Assembly (NCBI GenBank): GCA_963798855.1
Contig: CAWCUU010000002.1
Coordinates: 1,364,567-1,428,566, forward strand
Direction of reading: 5' to 3'
From: an uncultured Gemmatimonadales bacterium
Lineage (GTDB): Bacteria > Gemmatimonadota > Gemmatimonadetes > Longimicrobiales > RSA9
DNA: 64,000 bases
The notes under the pieces were generated by a model. It was not told the DNA's origin. It saw only the letters and a program-made list of their open reading frames with translations, and ran no database searches. Shown one piece after another: positions 37,432 to 46,811 of this stretch (position 1 is the stretch's first letter; the number at the start of each line of letters is the position of its first letter). The position numbers were made by a program, and so were the translations under genes.

Positions 37432-38694
37432 GTGGCGCCGGCGCCGGCCGATTTTCTTGACACGAAGGAACCCCTCCGTCCAGAATGCCGTGCGGCGCGC
37501 ACAGCGTCGGGCTCGTTCAACGCCTCCGGAGCGACACGGACGAATTTGGAAAGCTTCCACTGGGGACCCCTGATCTGGACCCTCCTGATCGTGCTCGTGG
37601 TCGGGGGGCTGCTGTTGTTCCTGATGGTGGGGCGGCGGACGCAGGAGCCGACGAAGACCGCGCCGAAGCTGCGCACGGCTGCGCCGCCGCGACCCGGTGG
37701 TCCGCGGCGGGATCTCGCGGAGGCGGCGGCCGCGGCCGTGCCCCCGAAGCAGCGGACGTTCGCGGAGCTCGTGTCATCGCCACTGTTGTTGAGGGCCGTG
37801 GAGGCACAGGGGTGGCAGAGGCCGACACCGGTGCAGTCGGCGGTGATCGCGGCGGCGGGGAAGGGCCGTGGGGTGGTGGCGGTGTCGCCGACGGGTGCGG
37901 GAAAGACGGCGGCGTATCTGCTTCCGGCGCTGGAGCGGCAGCTCGACCGCGAGGGGCTGCACACGCTGGTGGTCTGTCCGGACCGATCGTGCGTGCAGAC
38001 CGTGGTCGGGCAGGCGCGAGCCCTAGCGCGCGAGGCCCATCTATGGATCGGCGCCGTTCACGAGGGCGAACCGCTCGAGCGGCAGATCCGGGATGTCCGG
38101 GCGGGGTTCGACCTCCTGGTCGCGACGGCCTCGAGGCTCGTGGAGCTGTTGCGCCGCGACGAGCTGGATCTTTCGGAGGTAGAGGTGCTCGTCTTCGATG
38201 AGACGCACCGGCTGGATCTAACGGCGACCGAGCTCGCAGCGATCCTCGACGCCGTGCCGAGCGGACGGACCGCGATACTGATGGCCGCGGATCTGACGCC
38301 GGCCGTGCGAGAGCTGGCCCGCGCGGCGGCGCGCGATGCCGAGTGGATCGAGGCGGGGCTGCCCACGACGGCTCCGGCGGAGCGCGTGTCGTCGGCCGCG
38401 GCTTCGACTCCGGCGGCGCAGTCGTCGGCGGGGGATCAGCCGGTACGAAACACGGCGCCGGATGCGAACGCGGCGGCACGATCGGGCCCGCGGACGCTCG
38501 GCACGGTCAAGTGGTTCAACGATGCGAAGGGGTTCGGGTTCATCACCCCCGACGACGCGCGCGACGACTGTTTCGTGCACTACAGCGCCATTGTTGGGGA
38601 GGGCTTCAAGTCGCTGGACGAGGGAGACCGCGTGGAGTTCACGCGCGTCGATGCTCCGAAGGGGCCGGAAGCCGAGAACGTGGTCAAGCTCTAG
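37432..38694 (+). CDS. membrane-anchored DEAD/DExH-box helicase domain-1-only protein fused to a C-terminal cold-shock domain
   Basis: Start is GTG 37432, or alternatively TTG 37546. N-terminal TM ([23 protein letters not shown]). Q motif (FAEL..PTPVQ), motif I SPTGAGKT, motif II DETH, motif III degraded to AAD, and no helicase C-domain. C-terminal CspA-like domain ([19 protein letters not shown]...DCFVHYSAI). Confidence 0.75.
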   Translation: MAPAPADFLDTKEPLRPECRAARTASGSFNASGATRTNLESFHWGPLIWTLLIVLVVGGLLLFLMVGRRTQEPTKTAPKLRTAAPPRPGGPRRDLAEAAAAAVPPKQRTFAELVSSPLLLRAVEAQGWQRPTPVQSAVIAAAGKGRGVVAVSPTGAGKTAAYLLPALERQLDREGLHTLVVCPDRSCVQTVVGQARALAREAHLWIGAVHEGEPLERQIRDVRAGFDLLVATASRLVELLRRDELDLSEVEVLVFDETHRLDLTATELAAILDAVPSGRTAILMAADLTPAVRELARAAARDAEWIEAGLPTTAPAERVSSAAASTPAAQSSAGDQPVRNTAPDANAAARSGPRTLGTVKWFNDAKGFGFITPDDARDDCFVHYSAIVGEGFKSLDEGDRVEFTRVDAPKGPEAENVVKL

Positions 38695-38703
38695 AGAAAT
38701 CCC

Positions 38704-39510
38704 TTGAAAGTACTGATCGCGCTGTTGGTAGGCGTTCTGGCCGGGCTGCACACGGCGACGTGGGGCATGTACAAGGACGCGGTGCACGAAGGCTTCACGT
38801 GGCCGAAGTACCTGCGCAGCGTCCTGGCGGGCGCCGTGCTCGGCGTCGCCCTCGGCCCTCGTCTCGGCCTCGATCTGACGGATCCGGGACACCTGCTCGT
38901 GTTGTTCGGCGTCGTCTACGTGCTGGAGCGGGTCACCACGGAGCTGTACAAGACGTTCGTGCGCGATGAGGACCAGTCGAAGTACTTCATCCCGATGCAG
39001 TTCGCGGTGCGGGGACGGCTGGTTCGGAGCCGGCTCGCGCGATTGGCGATCGCCTCGGTCGCCGTCTTCCTCGGGGCCTGCCTGCTCGGCCTCGTGGTGC
39101 GGCTGCAGGCGTCGAGCGCCGCGGTGCCGACGCCGCCGGCCGTAGCGCTGATCGGCAGCCTGGGCGGTTGGGTCTCGGCTTTCGGCGGGGCGTGGAAGGA
39201 CGCGCCGTTCGAGGGGTTCGAGATCCGGAAGTTCTTCCGCAGCCCCGTGATCGCCGGGGCATGGGCGCTGCTGCTGTTCTCTTTCGTGCCGTCGCTCGCG
39301 CTGGTCGGGCTTGCAGCGCTCGGCTTCACGATCGCGACGCTCGAGACGTACAAGACGTTCTACCACGCCGACAAGCCGCGCGGGAAGTTCGCCGGCAAGC
39401 CGGTCCACTACCCGGCGATGCTGCTCACCCGCCGCCGCTTCGTTCCCCTCTACACCGCGATCTGGGTCGCGATCGTCGGCATGGTCATGGCCGCGATGGT
39501 GCCTGGATGA
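38704..39510 (+). CDS. polytopic membrane protein with an internal two-fold repeat, function unknown
   Basis: Two repeats (GMYKDAVHEGFTWPKYLRS / GGAWKDAPFEGFEIRKFFRS), each followed by TM helices. Starts 10 nt after the DEAD/CSD gene. Confidence 0.65.
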   Translation: MKVLIALLVGVLAGLHTATWGMYKDAVHEGFTWPKYLRSVLAGAVLGVALGPRLGLDLTDPGHLLVLFGVVYVLERVTTELYKTFVRDEDQSKYFIPMQFAVRGRLVRSRLARLAIASVAVFLGACLLGLVVRLQASSAAVPTPPAVALIGSLGGWVSAFGGAWKDAPFEGFEIRKFFRSPVIAGAWALLLFSFVPSLALVGLAALGFTIATLETYKTFYHADKPRGKFAGKPVHYPAMLLTRRRFVPLYTAIWVAIVGMVMAAMVPG

Positions 39511-39575
39511 GATGACGGAACGGCGCCCCGGCGGAGGCCGGGACGCCGTTCGAGCGTCGTGCGCGGCGCGTGGAC

Positions 39576-40550
39576 TCAGCCGCCCGCGTGCAGCGTGGCC
39601 GACGTGATCTCGAAGTGAACGGTCACGTCGCCATCGGAGTCCACCGTGATGCTCTGCGGCATCGATGGATCCGTGGTGAAGTCGATCAGCGGGTTCCCGC
39701 CATCCATGGGCGAGAGCACGTTCGCGTCGTAGTCGCCCGGGACCACGCTCATGAACGTCGCCTCGTAGTTGCCGTCCGCATCGGGACCCGTGAATGAGAG
39801 CTGCTCACCGAGCGTTCCTGGATCGAGGTCCGCGGACCGGAGCTCGGCCGAGAACGCCTCCAGCGTCGTCGGATTGCCGTCCAGGTCGGGGAGCTCGACG
39901 GTATCCGCCACGCTGGCCAGCACGTGCACGGTGCCGGCGAAGCGCACGTCCGTCGCCTTCAGGCTCGGGTGCATCACCCATTTGCCCGACTTCCCCGCCT
40001 GGTGTCCGAACGTATCGGCGACGTCGAAGTCGACGAGGATGACCTTGTCCTCTGTCAGCGTCAGCGCGCCGTCGGGGAAGTTCACCTTGATCCCCGACTG
40101 GCTGCAGCTCGGGCATTTCAGCTCGCCGTCGACCGTCAGCTCCGGAGGCACGTCGTAGCCCGGGGTCGCATAGACCTTCGTCGAGCCGCCCTCGTCCACC
40201 ACAATGTAGCCGCCGTCCACCACGAAGCGCATCTGGCCGTACGTTCCGGCCTTGACCGGATGCCCGTCTACCAGGCTGATCACGTCGTTGGAGAGGCTGA
40301 GCAGGTTCGTGGTGACGGGGCTCGACATCAGGACCATGTCGGCCGACGGATCCGCGCCTTCCTCAGGGGTGCCCTGCAGGTAGACCCGAGAGATCGTGAC
40401 CACCGCCTCCGTGATGTTCGCCGCCGGCGCATCCGTGAGGCGTACAGAAAGGCGGGCGGTGCCGCTCGCCATGTTGCTCCCCTCGCACGCCGCCAGGCCG
40501 ACTGCGAGAGCTGCGGCTGTGAGACCGATCGCTGTGGTTCTGCGACGCAT
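39576..40550 (-). CDS. DUF4382-like lipoprotein
   Basis: Internal ATG 40550 with AGGAGA RBS and a lipobox (MRRRTTAIGLTAAALAVGLAAC). LSVRLTDAP...ITEAVVTISRVYL beta-sandwich pattern. Confidence 0.75.
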   Translation of the reverse strand: MRRRTTAIGLTAAALAVGLAACEGSNMASGTARLSVRLTDAPAANITEAVVTISRVYLQGTPEEGADPSADMVLMSSPVTTNLLSLSNDVISLVDGHPVKAGTYGQMRFVVDGGYIVVDEGGSTKVYATPGYDVPPELTVDGELKCPSCSQSGIKVNFPDGALTLTEDKVILVDFDVADTFGHQAGKSGKWVMHPSLKATDVRFAGTVHVLASVADTVELPDLDGNPTTLEAFSAELRSADLDPGTLGEQLSFTGPDADGNYEATFMSVVPGDYDANVLSPMDGGNPLIDFTTDPSMPQSITVDSDGDVTVHFEITSATLHAGG

Positions 40551-40683
40551 GCGTATTGCTCTCCTGCCTCGGTTCATGTCTCCCTGGGCGGTCGCCGGCG
40601 TGCTCTACGCCGGCCAGGGAGTAGGACGAGCGGGAGTGCAGGATCGTCACAGTGTCGACGGCAACCGATTGTGCCGGAGCAAC

Positions 40684-42225
40684 TTAGAGCTCATCTCCGA
40701 TTCCGGATACGGCCTCCACCAGCACGTCGATGTCCGCGCTGCGCGTGCGGTGGTTCGTGAAGGCGGCCCGCAGCGCGAAGCCGGTCGGCAGCACGGTGCT
40801 GGAGACGACTGCGGTACCGGACTCCTGCAGGCGCTGCAGCAGCTCGCGATTGAGCGCATCGATGGCGGGCTCGTCGAGGAAGCGGTCCGGACGGTAGCGG
40901 AAACAGACGACGTTGAGCGGAACGGGGGCGAGAAGCTCCAGGTGGGGGTGTGCGGCGACGAGCGATTCGAGGCGGCGCGCCTGACGGACTCCCTGCTCGA
41001 CGAGCCGTGCGAACGCGTCGGTACCGTGGGCGCGGACCGAGAGCCAGACCTTGAGGGCGCGAAATCCGCGGGTGAGCTGAGGCCCGAGGCTCGCGAAGTC
41101 GAGGGGCCCGGATGCGGGCCCTCGCTGGAAGGTCTCGAGGTAGGCGGCGTGCGGAGAGAAGGGCCGGCGGTGGGCGGCCGGGGAGCGGACGAGAATGCAC
41201 CCGACCTCAATGGGCATGAACATCCATTTGTGGAGGTCGAAGGCAATGGAATCGGCGCGCTCCATGCCGGAGAGAAGGGGGCGGAGGTTTGGCGAAAGAG
41301 CGGCAAGGGCTCCGAAGGCGCCGTCGACGTGCAGCCAGATCGCCTCGCGCGCGCACAGGTCGGCGATGTCGTCGAGCGGATCGATCGCGCCGGTGTTGAC
41401 CGTGCCTGCGGTGGCGACGACGCAGGCGGGGCGACGTCCCTCGGCGCGGTCCATCGCGATCGCGTCCTCGAGCTCATCGACTTTCATCCGATAGCCGGAG
41501 TCGACGGGAATGTGTCGAACGCTATCGCGGCCGACGCCGAGGATGCCGCCCGCCTTGTCGACGGAGTTGTGCGCCTCGGCGGACGTGTAGACGACGAGCT
41601 GGGAGTCCAGCGCGTGCAGCCCGCGCAGGGTGACGTCGCCACCGCCGGCGGCATCGCGCGCGGCCGCGATGCCGATCAGATTGGCGAGGCTGGCGCCGCT
41701 CGTGAGGAGTCCGCTCGCGCCGGGCGCGAAGCCGAGCAGCTCGATCAGCCAGTCTACGACCTGCGCCTCGACGTAGGTGGCGGACTGCTCGCCGCCCCAG
41801 ACGTTCGGATCCATGACCGCGGCGAGCATCTCGGCGAGCGCAGCGAGCGGCGTGCCCTGTCCATTGACCCACCCCCAGGCGCGGGGATGATTGTTCCCGA
41901 AGGGGTAGGGCAGGACGTGCTCGCGGAACGCTTCGTAGGCGGCATCCGCGCCCTGGCCGAGGCGGGGCGGGGGCACACGCAGAGCGGCGCGCGACGCGCT
42001 CGGCAGCGGCTGCCAGGCGGGCCGCTCGCGCAGGTCGCGCTGAAGCTCGATGACCTCATCGACCATGCGGTGGCCGAGTCGGCGGAGCGCGTCCCACTCG
42101 ACGGGACCGGAGGGGTCGAGGCCCTCTTCCGGCCGTTCCTCCAGCGGCGGCCGGCCGTCGCTAGGGGTGGAGCCGAAGCCGGGGCCCGACGCCTCGGAAG
42201 GGTGGCGGTCCGCGTTCCGTGCCAT
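40684..42225 (-). CDS. pyridoxal-dependent (group II, aromatic-L-amino-acid/tyrosine-type) decarboxylase
   Basis: 513 aa. The Lys in AFDLHKWMF is the PLP-lysine motif. Group II decarboxylase architecture. Internal ATG 42225. Confidence 0.9.
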   Translation of the reverse strand: MARNADRHPSEASGPGFGSTPSDGRPPLEERPEEGLDPSGPVEWDALRRLGHRMVDEVIELQRDLRERPAWQPLPSASRAALRVPPPRLGQGADAAYEAFREHVLPYPFGNNHPRAWGWVNGQGTPLAALAEMLAAVMDPNVWGGEQSATYVEAQVVDWLIELLGFAPGASGLLTSGASLANLIGIAAARDAAGGGDVTLRGLHALDSQLVVYTSAEAHNSVDKAGGILGVGRDSVRHIPVDSGYRMKVDELEDAIAMDRAEGRRPACVVATAGTVNTGAIDPLDDIADLCAREAIWLHVDGAFGALAALSPNLRPLLSGMERADSIAFDLHKWMFMPIEVGCILVRSPAAHRRPFSPHAAYLETFQRGPASGPLDFASLGPQLTRGFRALKVWLSVRAHGTDAFARLVEQGVRQARRLESLVAAHPHLELLAPVPLNVVCFRYRPDRFLDEPAIDALNRELLQRLQESGTAVVSSTVLPTGFALRAAFTNHRTRSADIDVLVEAVSGIGDEL

Positions 42226-42341
42226 GATCGACTCCGGCAGCTGGGTGAACGGCGGCGGCCGTCCGCTCGAGGGCGCCGCCCCGCACGGTCGCATGCGCCC
42301 TCGGCCCGCGCAAGCGGCTGTGTTCCGCTATATTCGGCGCC

Positions 42342-43223
42342 ATGAATTTCCACAGATTCGGATCCGTCGCGCGCGGGCGTGCCGGCTTGCGGGGGCGGCC
42401 GGACGCCGTGAACGTGCGCGAGATCGCGGCCGCGACGGTGGGGCTGCTGGTCACGGCGCTCACGTACCTGGCGTGGCTGTTCGCGATCACGCCGATCATC
42501 GGGATGAGCGCGGCGCAGGCGGCGGCCTGGCTGCTCGCGCTGCTGGCGCTGTTCCTCCTCGTGCACGTCGCGCTCAATCTGAGAGCGACGAGGGTGGCGC
42601 AGTGCGAGCTTCTGCGCCTCGACCCGCCGCGGCCGCACGCGCTCGGCCGGCTCGTGATCGCGGCGCCGTTCGTGGTCGTGTTCACTCTCGCCTTCGGCGC
42701 GCTGCTCGTCTACGTCGGACAGACACCCTCCGATGCCGGCGCCGGGATCCCCGACTACACGGGCCCGCTCGCGTGGCTTCCCGTGGCGCTGTTGCTGATC
42801 GTCTTCGCCCCACTGCTGGAGGAGTTCGTGTTCCGGGGCTGGCTGCAGCACCGGCTCGAGCGGCTCGTCGGGGTCGCGCCGGCGATCGCGGTGACCGCGC
42901 TGCTGTTCGCCGCCGCGCACGGCTGGAATGCAGGCAACGTGAACCGCTTCGTGCTCGGTCTTGCCTTCGGGACCGCCGTGTGGGCGAGCCGCTCCATCTG
43001 GAGCGGTGTGCTGCTGCACGCGGTGAACAACGCGTCCGCCGTGGCGGTTGGAGGCTTCATGCCGGAGAGCTGGAGCGCCCCCGCGGACATGATCCCCTGG
43101 ATATCACGGCACGGAGGAGCCGCTCCGCTCGCGGCGCTGAGCGCGCTGGGCGCGATCGGCCTCGGCCTCGCCGTGACGGCGATGCGCGAGGTGCGGCGCG
43201 TGCGGGAAGGCGCGACCGCTTGA
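42342..43223 (+). CDS. CPBP-family intramembrane metalloprotease (CAAX protease/Abi type)
   Basis: EEFVFRG, FAAAHG and LHAVNN motifs. Confidence 0.85.
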   Translation: MNFHRFGSVARGRAGLRGRPDAVNVREIAAATVGLLVTALTYLAWLFAITPIIGMSAAQAAAWLLALLALFLLVHVALNLRATRVAQCELLRLDPPRPHALGRLVIAAPFVVVFTLAFGALLVYVGQTPSDAGAGIPDYTGPLAWLPVALLLIVFAPLLEEFVFRGWLQHRLERLVGVAPAIAVTALLFAAAHGWNAGNVNRFVLGLAFGTAVWASRSIWSGVLLHAVNNASAVAVGGFMPESWSAPADMIPWISRHGGAAPLAALSALGAIGLGLAVTAMREVRRVREGATA

Positions 43224-44446
43224 GCGCGGCGCTGCCGGCGCTGCAGAGGCAACCCGCGCGCACGTGCGCACGCGCGTGGTTCGTCGTGATGCTGCTCGCG
43301 CTTGCCGGCTGCGGCGGGGGCGAGATGTCCCGCGGCGAGCCTCGGCCGGCGCTGCGGCCGGAGCTGCGCATCCAGGGAGACGCTCCCGGTGCTGAGTTCA
43401 CCTGGATCGCGGCGATCGCGGTCGCGGAGGACGGCACGATGTATACGCTGCATCCGGCGGAATCGACGGTTCGCATCTGGGGCGCCGACGGCCGACTGGA
43501 AGGCTCGTTCGGCGCGGCGGGCGAAGGTCCGGGACAGCTCCTCCACGCGGAGGACATCGGGTGGATGCGCGACTCGATCTGGGTCTCCGATCCTGCGGGC
43601 GGCCGCTTCAACGTGTACGACCGCGAGGGGCGATTCGCCCGCGCCCTGCGTCCGGGGGCGCCGCGACCAGGCCCGTCATCGTTCCCGCTCCGGCCGGTGG
43701 CGCCGCTGCCCGACGGCTCCGTCCTCGCCGCCACGTCCTGGCCGGCCGCGGTTGAGGCGGAGGGGCGCGGGGGTGCGCGCCAGGTCGTTCGGCTCACCGG
43801 CGATGGAGCCGTCGTGGATACGGTGGCGAGCTTTCCGGCTACGCCGACCGTCCTCGCCGTGCGCGATCCGGATGCGCAGGACTCGGTCGCGCTGTACACC
43901 TTCCAGCCGTACCCTGACGCGCCACTCTTCCAGATCTCGCAAGCCGACTCGACGCTCGTCGTGGTCCGCCGCGAAGTGCCGGCCGTGGCGCGGGAGTCGG
44001 TTTCCGTCGAGGTCCTCGGGCTCCGTCTCTTCCGCGACGATACCGTCTTCGCGCGCACGATCCGCTATCCGGCACCGGTCGCGGACTCCGCCGCCGTCGG
44101 GGCATTCGTGCACACGTGGGCGGAGCGCGCGATGCACTCGAACGGTCCGCGTCCGGCGACGATAGGGCAGGCGGAGCGCTGGGTGAGGGCGGGGCTGCGG
44201 CTGCCGGCGGTGCCGCCGGCGGTGACGGCCCTCGGGACCGGGATGGATGGCTCGATCTGGCTGTTGCGTGGAAGCGACAAGGAGCAGCGGAGCGCCCGCG
44301 TTATCTCCCGCGATGGGCGCGACCTCTGGACGCTGCAGCTGCCCACCGACGTTCGACTGCTCGCCGCCGATACCTCTTGTGTCTGGGGCACTTACGCGGA
44401 CTCCGCCGATGTGCCGTGGCTCATCCGTTACCGCATTCGACGCTAG
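43220..44446 (+). CDS. lipoprotein, probable beta-propeller (NHL/6-blade-like) periplasmic protein
   Basis: Start inferred as the TTG overlapping the upstream stop (TTGA). Lipobox LLALAGC follows a basic n-region. The rest of ORF 42050..44446 upstream of this point is antisense junk. Confidence 0.6.
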   Translation: MSAALPALQRQPARTCARAWFVVMLLALAGCGGGEMSRGEPRPALRPELRIQGDAPGAEFTWIAAIAVAEDGTMYTLHPAESTVRIWGADGRLEGSFGAAGEGPGQLLHAEDIGWMRDSIWVSDPAGGRFNVYDREGRFARALRPGAPRPGPSSFPLRPVAPLPDGSVLAATSWPAAVEAEGRGGARQVVRLTGDGAVVDTVASFPATPTVLAVRDPDAQDSVALYTFQPYPDAPLFQISQADSTLVVVRREVPAVARESVSVEVLGLRLFRDDTVFARTIRYPAPVADSAAVGAFVHTWAERAMHSNGPRPATIGQAERWVRAGLRLPAVPPAVTALGTGMDGSIWLLRGSDKEQRSARVISRDGRDLWTLQLPTDVRLLAADTSCVWGTYADSADVPWLIRYRIRR

Positions 44447-44519
44447 CCCCCCGCCGCGCAACCGGGTGGGTCCGCTCCGTGCATGATGGCGACGCGGAGC
44501 GAAACCCCTGAAGCAGCAG

Positions 44520-45380
44520 GTGGCAATGTCCAGAAGAGGCATCCTTCACGGCGCGCGGCAGACCCTCGGGGCTGCGGGCGACATCCTAAAGGCGGCGATC
44601 ATCTTCGTCCTGTGGAACGTGATGATCGTGCCAATGCTTCTGCTGCCGCCGCTCTGGGCGACGCTCTGGATGATGCTGGCCGTCGCGCTGCTCTATTACG
44701 TGCACATCGGCCGCGCGCTGCGACCGGGGCGAGAGCAGAAGCGCGCGACGCTGCGCTTGCGCCCGCCGGGCGCAGCGGTTCCGTGGGCGCTCGCCGCCGC
44801 GCTGCCGATGTTCTGCGTGAGCCTTTCGGGGACCTTCCTGCTGATCTGGCTGGGATTCCCGCCCGCCCTGCGCGGCTCCGACCTGCTGCAGGGCTACGCG
44901 CTGCAGCCGTTCGGCTGGCTTCCGCTCGCGGTCATGGTCGTGCTGTTCGCGCCGATCCTGGAAGAGCTGGTGTTCCGGGGCTGGATCCAGCGGTCGCTCG
45001 AGCGGCGCTTCGGCGCCCTGCCCGGCATCCTGCTCGCCGCCGCGCTGTTCGCGGTCGCGCACGGGGCATCGCTGGGCAACACGAGCCGCTTCCTCATGGG
45101 GCTCGTTCTCGGCTGCGCGGTCTACCTGAGCCGCTCGATCTGGACGAGCATCATCCTGCACGCCGCACACAACGCGATCATCATGGCGCTCGGGCCCCTC
45201 ACCGAGCAGGCGTTGCCCGCGGGCGGCGCGCTGCAGCCCTGGATGAACGCGCTCGGAGGGCCGCAGCCGTTCCTCGCGATGCTGCTCGTCAGCCTGAGCG
45301 CGCTCGTCTGGATGGGATGGCGCGCGCACCTCGAGATCGGCGCGTTGGCGTTCGAGTTGGAGCCGGCAACGGTCCGGTAG
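44520..45380 (+). CDS. CPBP-family intramembrane metalloprotease (second copy)
   Basis: EELVFRG, FAVAHG and LHAAHN motifs. Same architecture as 42342..43223. Confidence 0.85.
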   Translation: MAMSRRGILHGARQTLGAAGDILKAAIIFVLWNVMIVPMLLLPPLWATLWMMLAVALLYYVHIGRALRPGREQKRATLRLRPPGAAVPWALAAALPMFCVSLSGTFLLIWLGFPPALRGSDLLQGYALQPFGWLPLAVMVVLFAPILEELVFRGWIQRSLERRFGALPGILLAAALFAVAHGASLGNTSRFLMGLVLGCAVYLSRSIWTSIILHAAHNAIIMALGPLTEQALPAGGALQPWMNALGGPQPFLAMLLVSLSALVWMGWRAHLEIGALAFELEPATVR

Positions 45381-45610
45381 GGGTGCCCGCGCCGCGACGC
45401 GCCCCGGCGCGCGGCGTTCCCCGGGTCCCCTCCGGCCGTCCCGGCCGACTCCGAGCCGGAGCCGCGAGCCTCCTGTCGAGGGGGCGGCCCCGGCTCCGGT
45501 CGGATCCGCTCGGTGATCGGCAGCAGCCCGCACTACTCCAGCGCCCGCGCGCGGACCATCCTCGATCGCCGTCCCTCGTCGTATATTGCCGCGATCTCGC
45601 AGCACTCCTA

Positions 45611-45650
45611 CTTCGCCGATCCACTTCACCCTTCACAGTTCCCCTTCATG
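45611..45650 (+). promoter_or_regulatory. leader of the Tat-aminotransferase gene carrying CCACTTCACCCTTCACAGTTCCCCTTCATG, the same CTTCACAGTTC 11-mer as the permease leader
   Basis: An exact 11-mer is shared with 3425..3500. Both lie in lower-GC stretches 10-35 nt upstream of the start codon. Confidence 0.4.
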
Positions 45651-45659
45651 GAGACACCC

Positions 45660-46811
45660 ATGCGCAGACGCGACTTCCTCCGTGGCTCGATCGCCCTGGC
45701 GGGGACGGGGGCGCTGGGTCTCGCTCCCGCCGGTGGCGGTGCGGCCGTGCTCGATGCGCTCCGCGAGCGGCGGCCGGGATCGGACTCCGGGGGTCGGGGC
45801 GACGGGCCGATCCGGCTCGCGTCGAACGAGAACCCACTCGGGCTGTCGCCGGCGGCGCGAAGGGCGGTGATCGACGGGCTTTCGGAGGGAAACCGCTACC
45901 CGCACCTGCACGCGGCCGCGTTCCGCCCGAAGCTGGCGGAATTCCATGGAGTGCCGGCCGAGAGCGTGGTTCTGGGGAACGGTTCGACGGAAGTGATCCA
46001 GATGGCCGTGCAGGCGCTGGCGCGGCCGGGAATGCGCTACGTAATTCCCGATCCCACGTTCGAGAACGTAGCGGATTACGAGGCGCCGTCCGGTCTGGAG
46101 CTGGTGAAGGTGCCGCTGCTCGCGGACTGGTCACACGACCTGCAGCGCATGCGCGAACTGGCGGGACGCGGGCCGGCGCTCGTCTACATTTGCAATCCGA
46201 ACAACCCGACGGCGTCGCTCACGTCGACCGCGGACGTGGCGGCATGGATCGCGGATGCTCCGGAGCAGCTGTTCTTCCTGGTGGACGAGGCGTACATCCA
46301 TTTCGTGGATGTGGCGGGGCACGAGACGGCGATCCCGCTGGCCCTGGAGCGGCCGAACGTGGTGGTGACGCGGACGTTCTCCAAGATTTACGGCATGGCG
46401 GGGCTGCGGCTCGGATACGGCATTGCGCAGGCGGAGACGGCGAAGCGCCTGTCCCCGTACGCGGCGGATGTGAACACGAACCAGCTCGCGCTTTTCGCGG
46501 CGGAGGCGAGCCTGCAGGACGAGGCGTACGTGGAGGAGGCGAAGCGGACGAACGAGGCGGGGCGCCGCGTGTTGTACGGCGTGCTGGACGAGCTGGGGCT
46601 CGAGCGGATTCCCAGCCATGCGAACTTCGTGATGCACCGCGTTGCTGGTGAGTTGGGCGCGTATATCGATCGGATGGCGCAGGAGGGAGTGCGCGTCGGC
46701 CGCCCCTTCCCTCCGCTGCTCGGCTGGAACCGCGTGTCCATTGGCCTGCCCCGGGAAATGCAGCGCCACGCCGAGGTGCTGCGCGCATTCCGCAGCCGCG
46801 GATGGGTGTAG
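45660..46811 (+). CDS. class I/II PLP aminotransferase (histidinol-phosphate-aminotransferase-like) with a twin-arginine (Tat) signal peptide
   Basis: MRRRDFLRGSIALAGTGALG Tat signal. PLP-lysine motif TFSKIYGMAGLRLGY. Start chosen at ATG 45660 (GGAGA RBS); ATG 45648 is possible. Confidence 0.85.
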   Translation: MRRRDFLRGSIALAGTGALGLAPAGGGAAVLDALRERRPGSDSGGRGDGPIRLASNENPLGLSPAARRAVIDGLSEGNRYPHLHAAAFRPKLAEFHGVPAESVVLGNGSTEVIQMAVQALARPGMRYVIPDPTFENVADYEAPSGLELVKVPLLADWSHDLQRMRELAGRGPALVYICNPNNPTASLTSTADVAAWIADAPEQLFFLVDEAYIHFVDVAGHETAIPLALERPNVVVTRTFSKIYGMAGLRLGYGIAQAETAKRLSPYAADVNTNQLALFAAEASLQDEAYVEEAKRTNEAGRRVLYGVLDELGLERIPSHANFVMHRVAGELGAYIDRMAQEGVRVGRPFPPLLGWNRVSIGLPREMQRHAEVLRAFRSRGWV

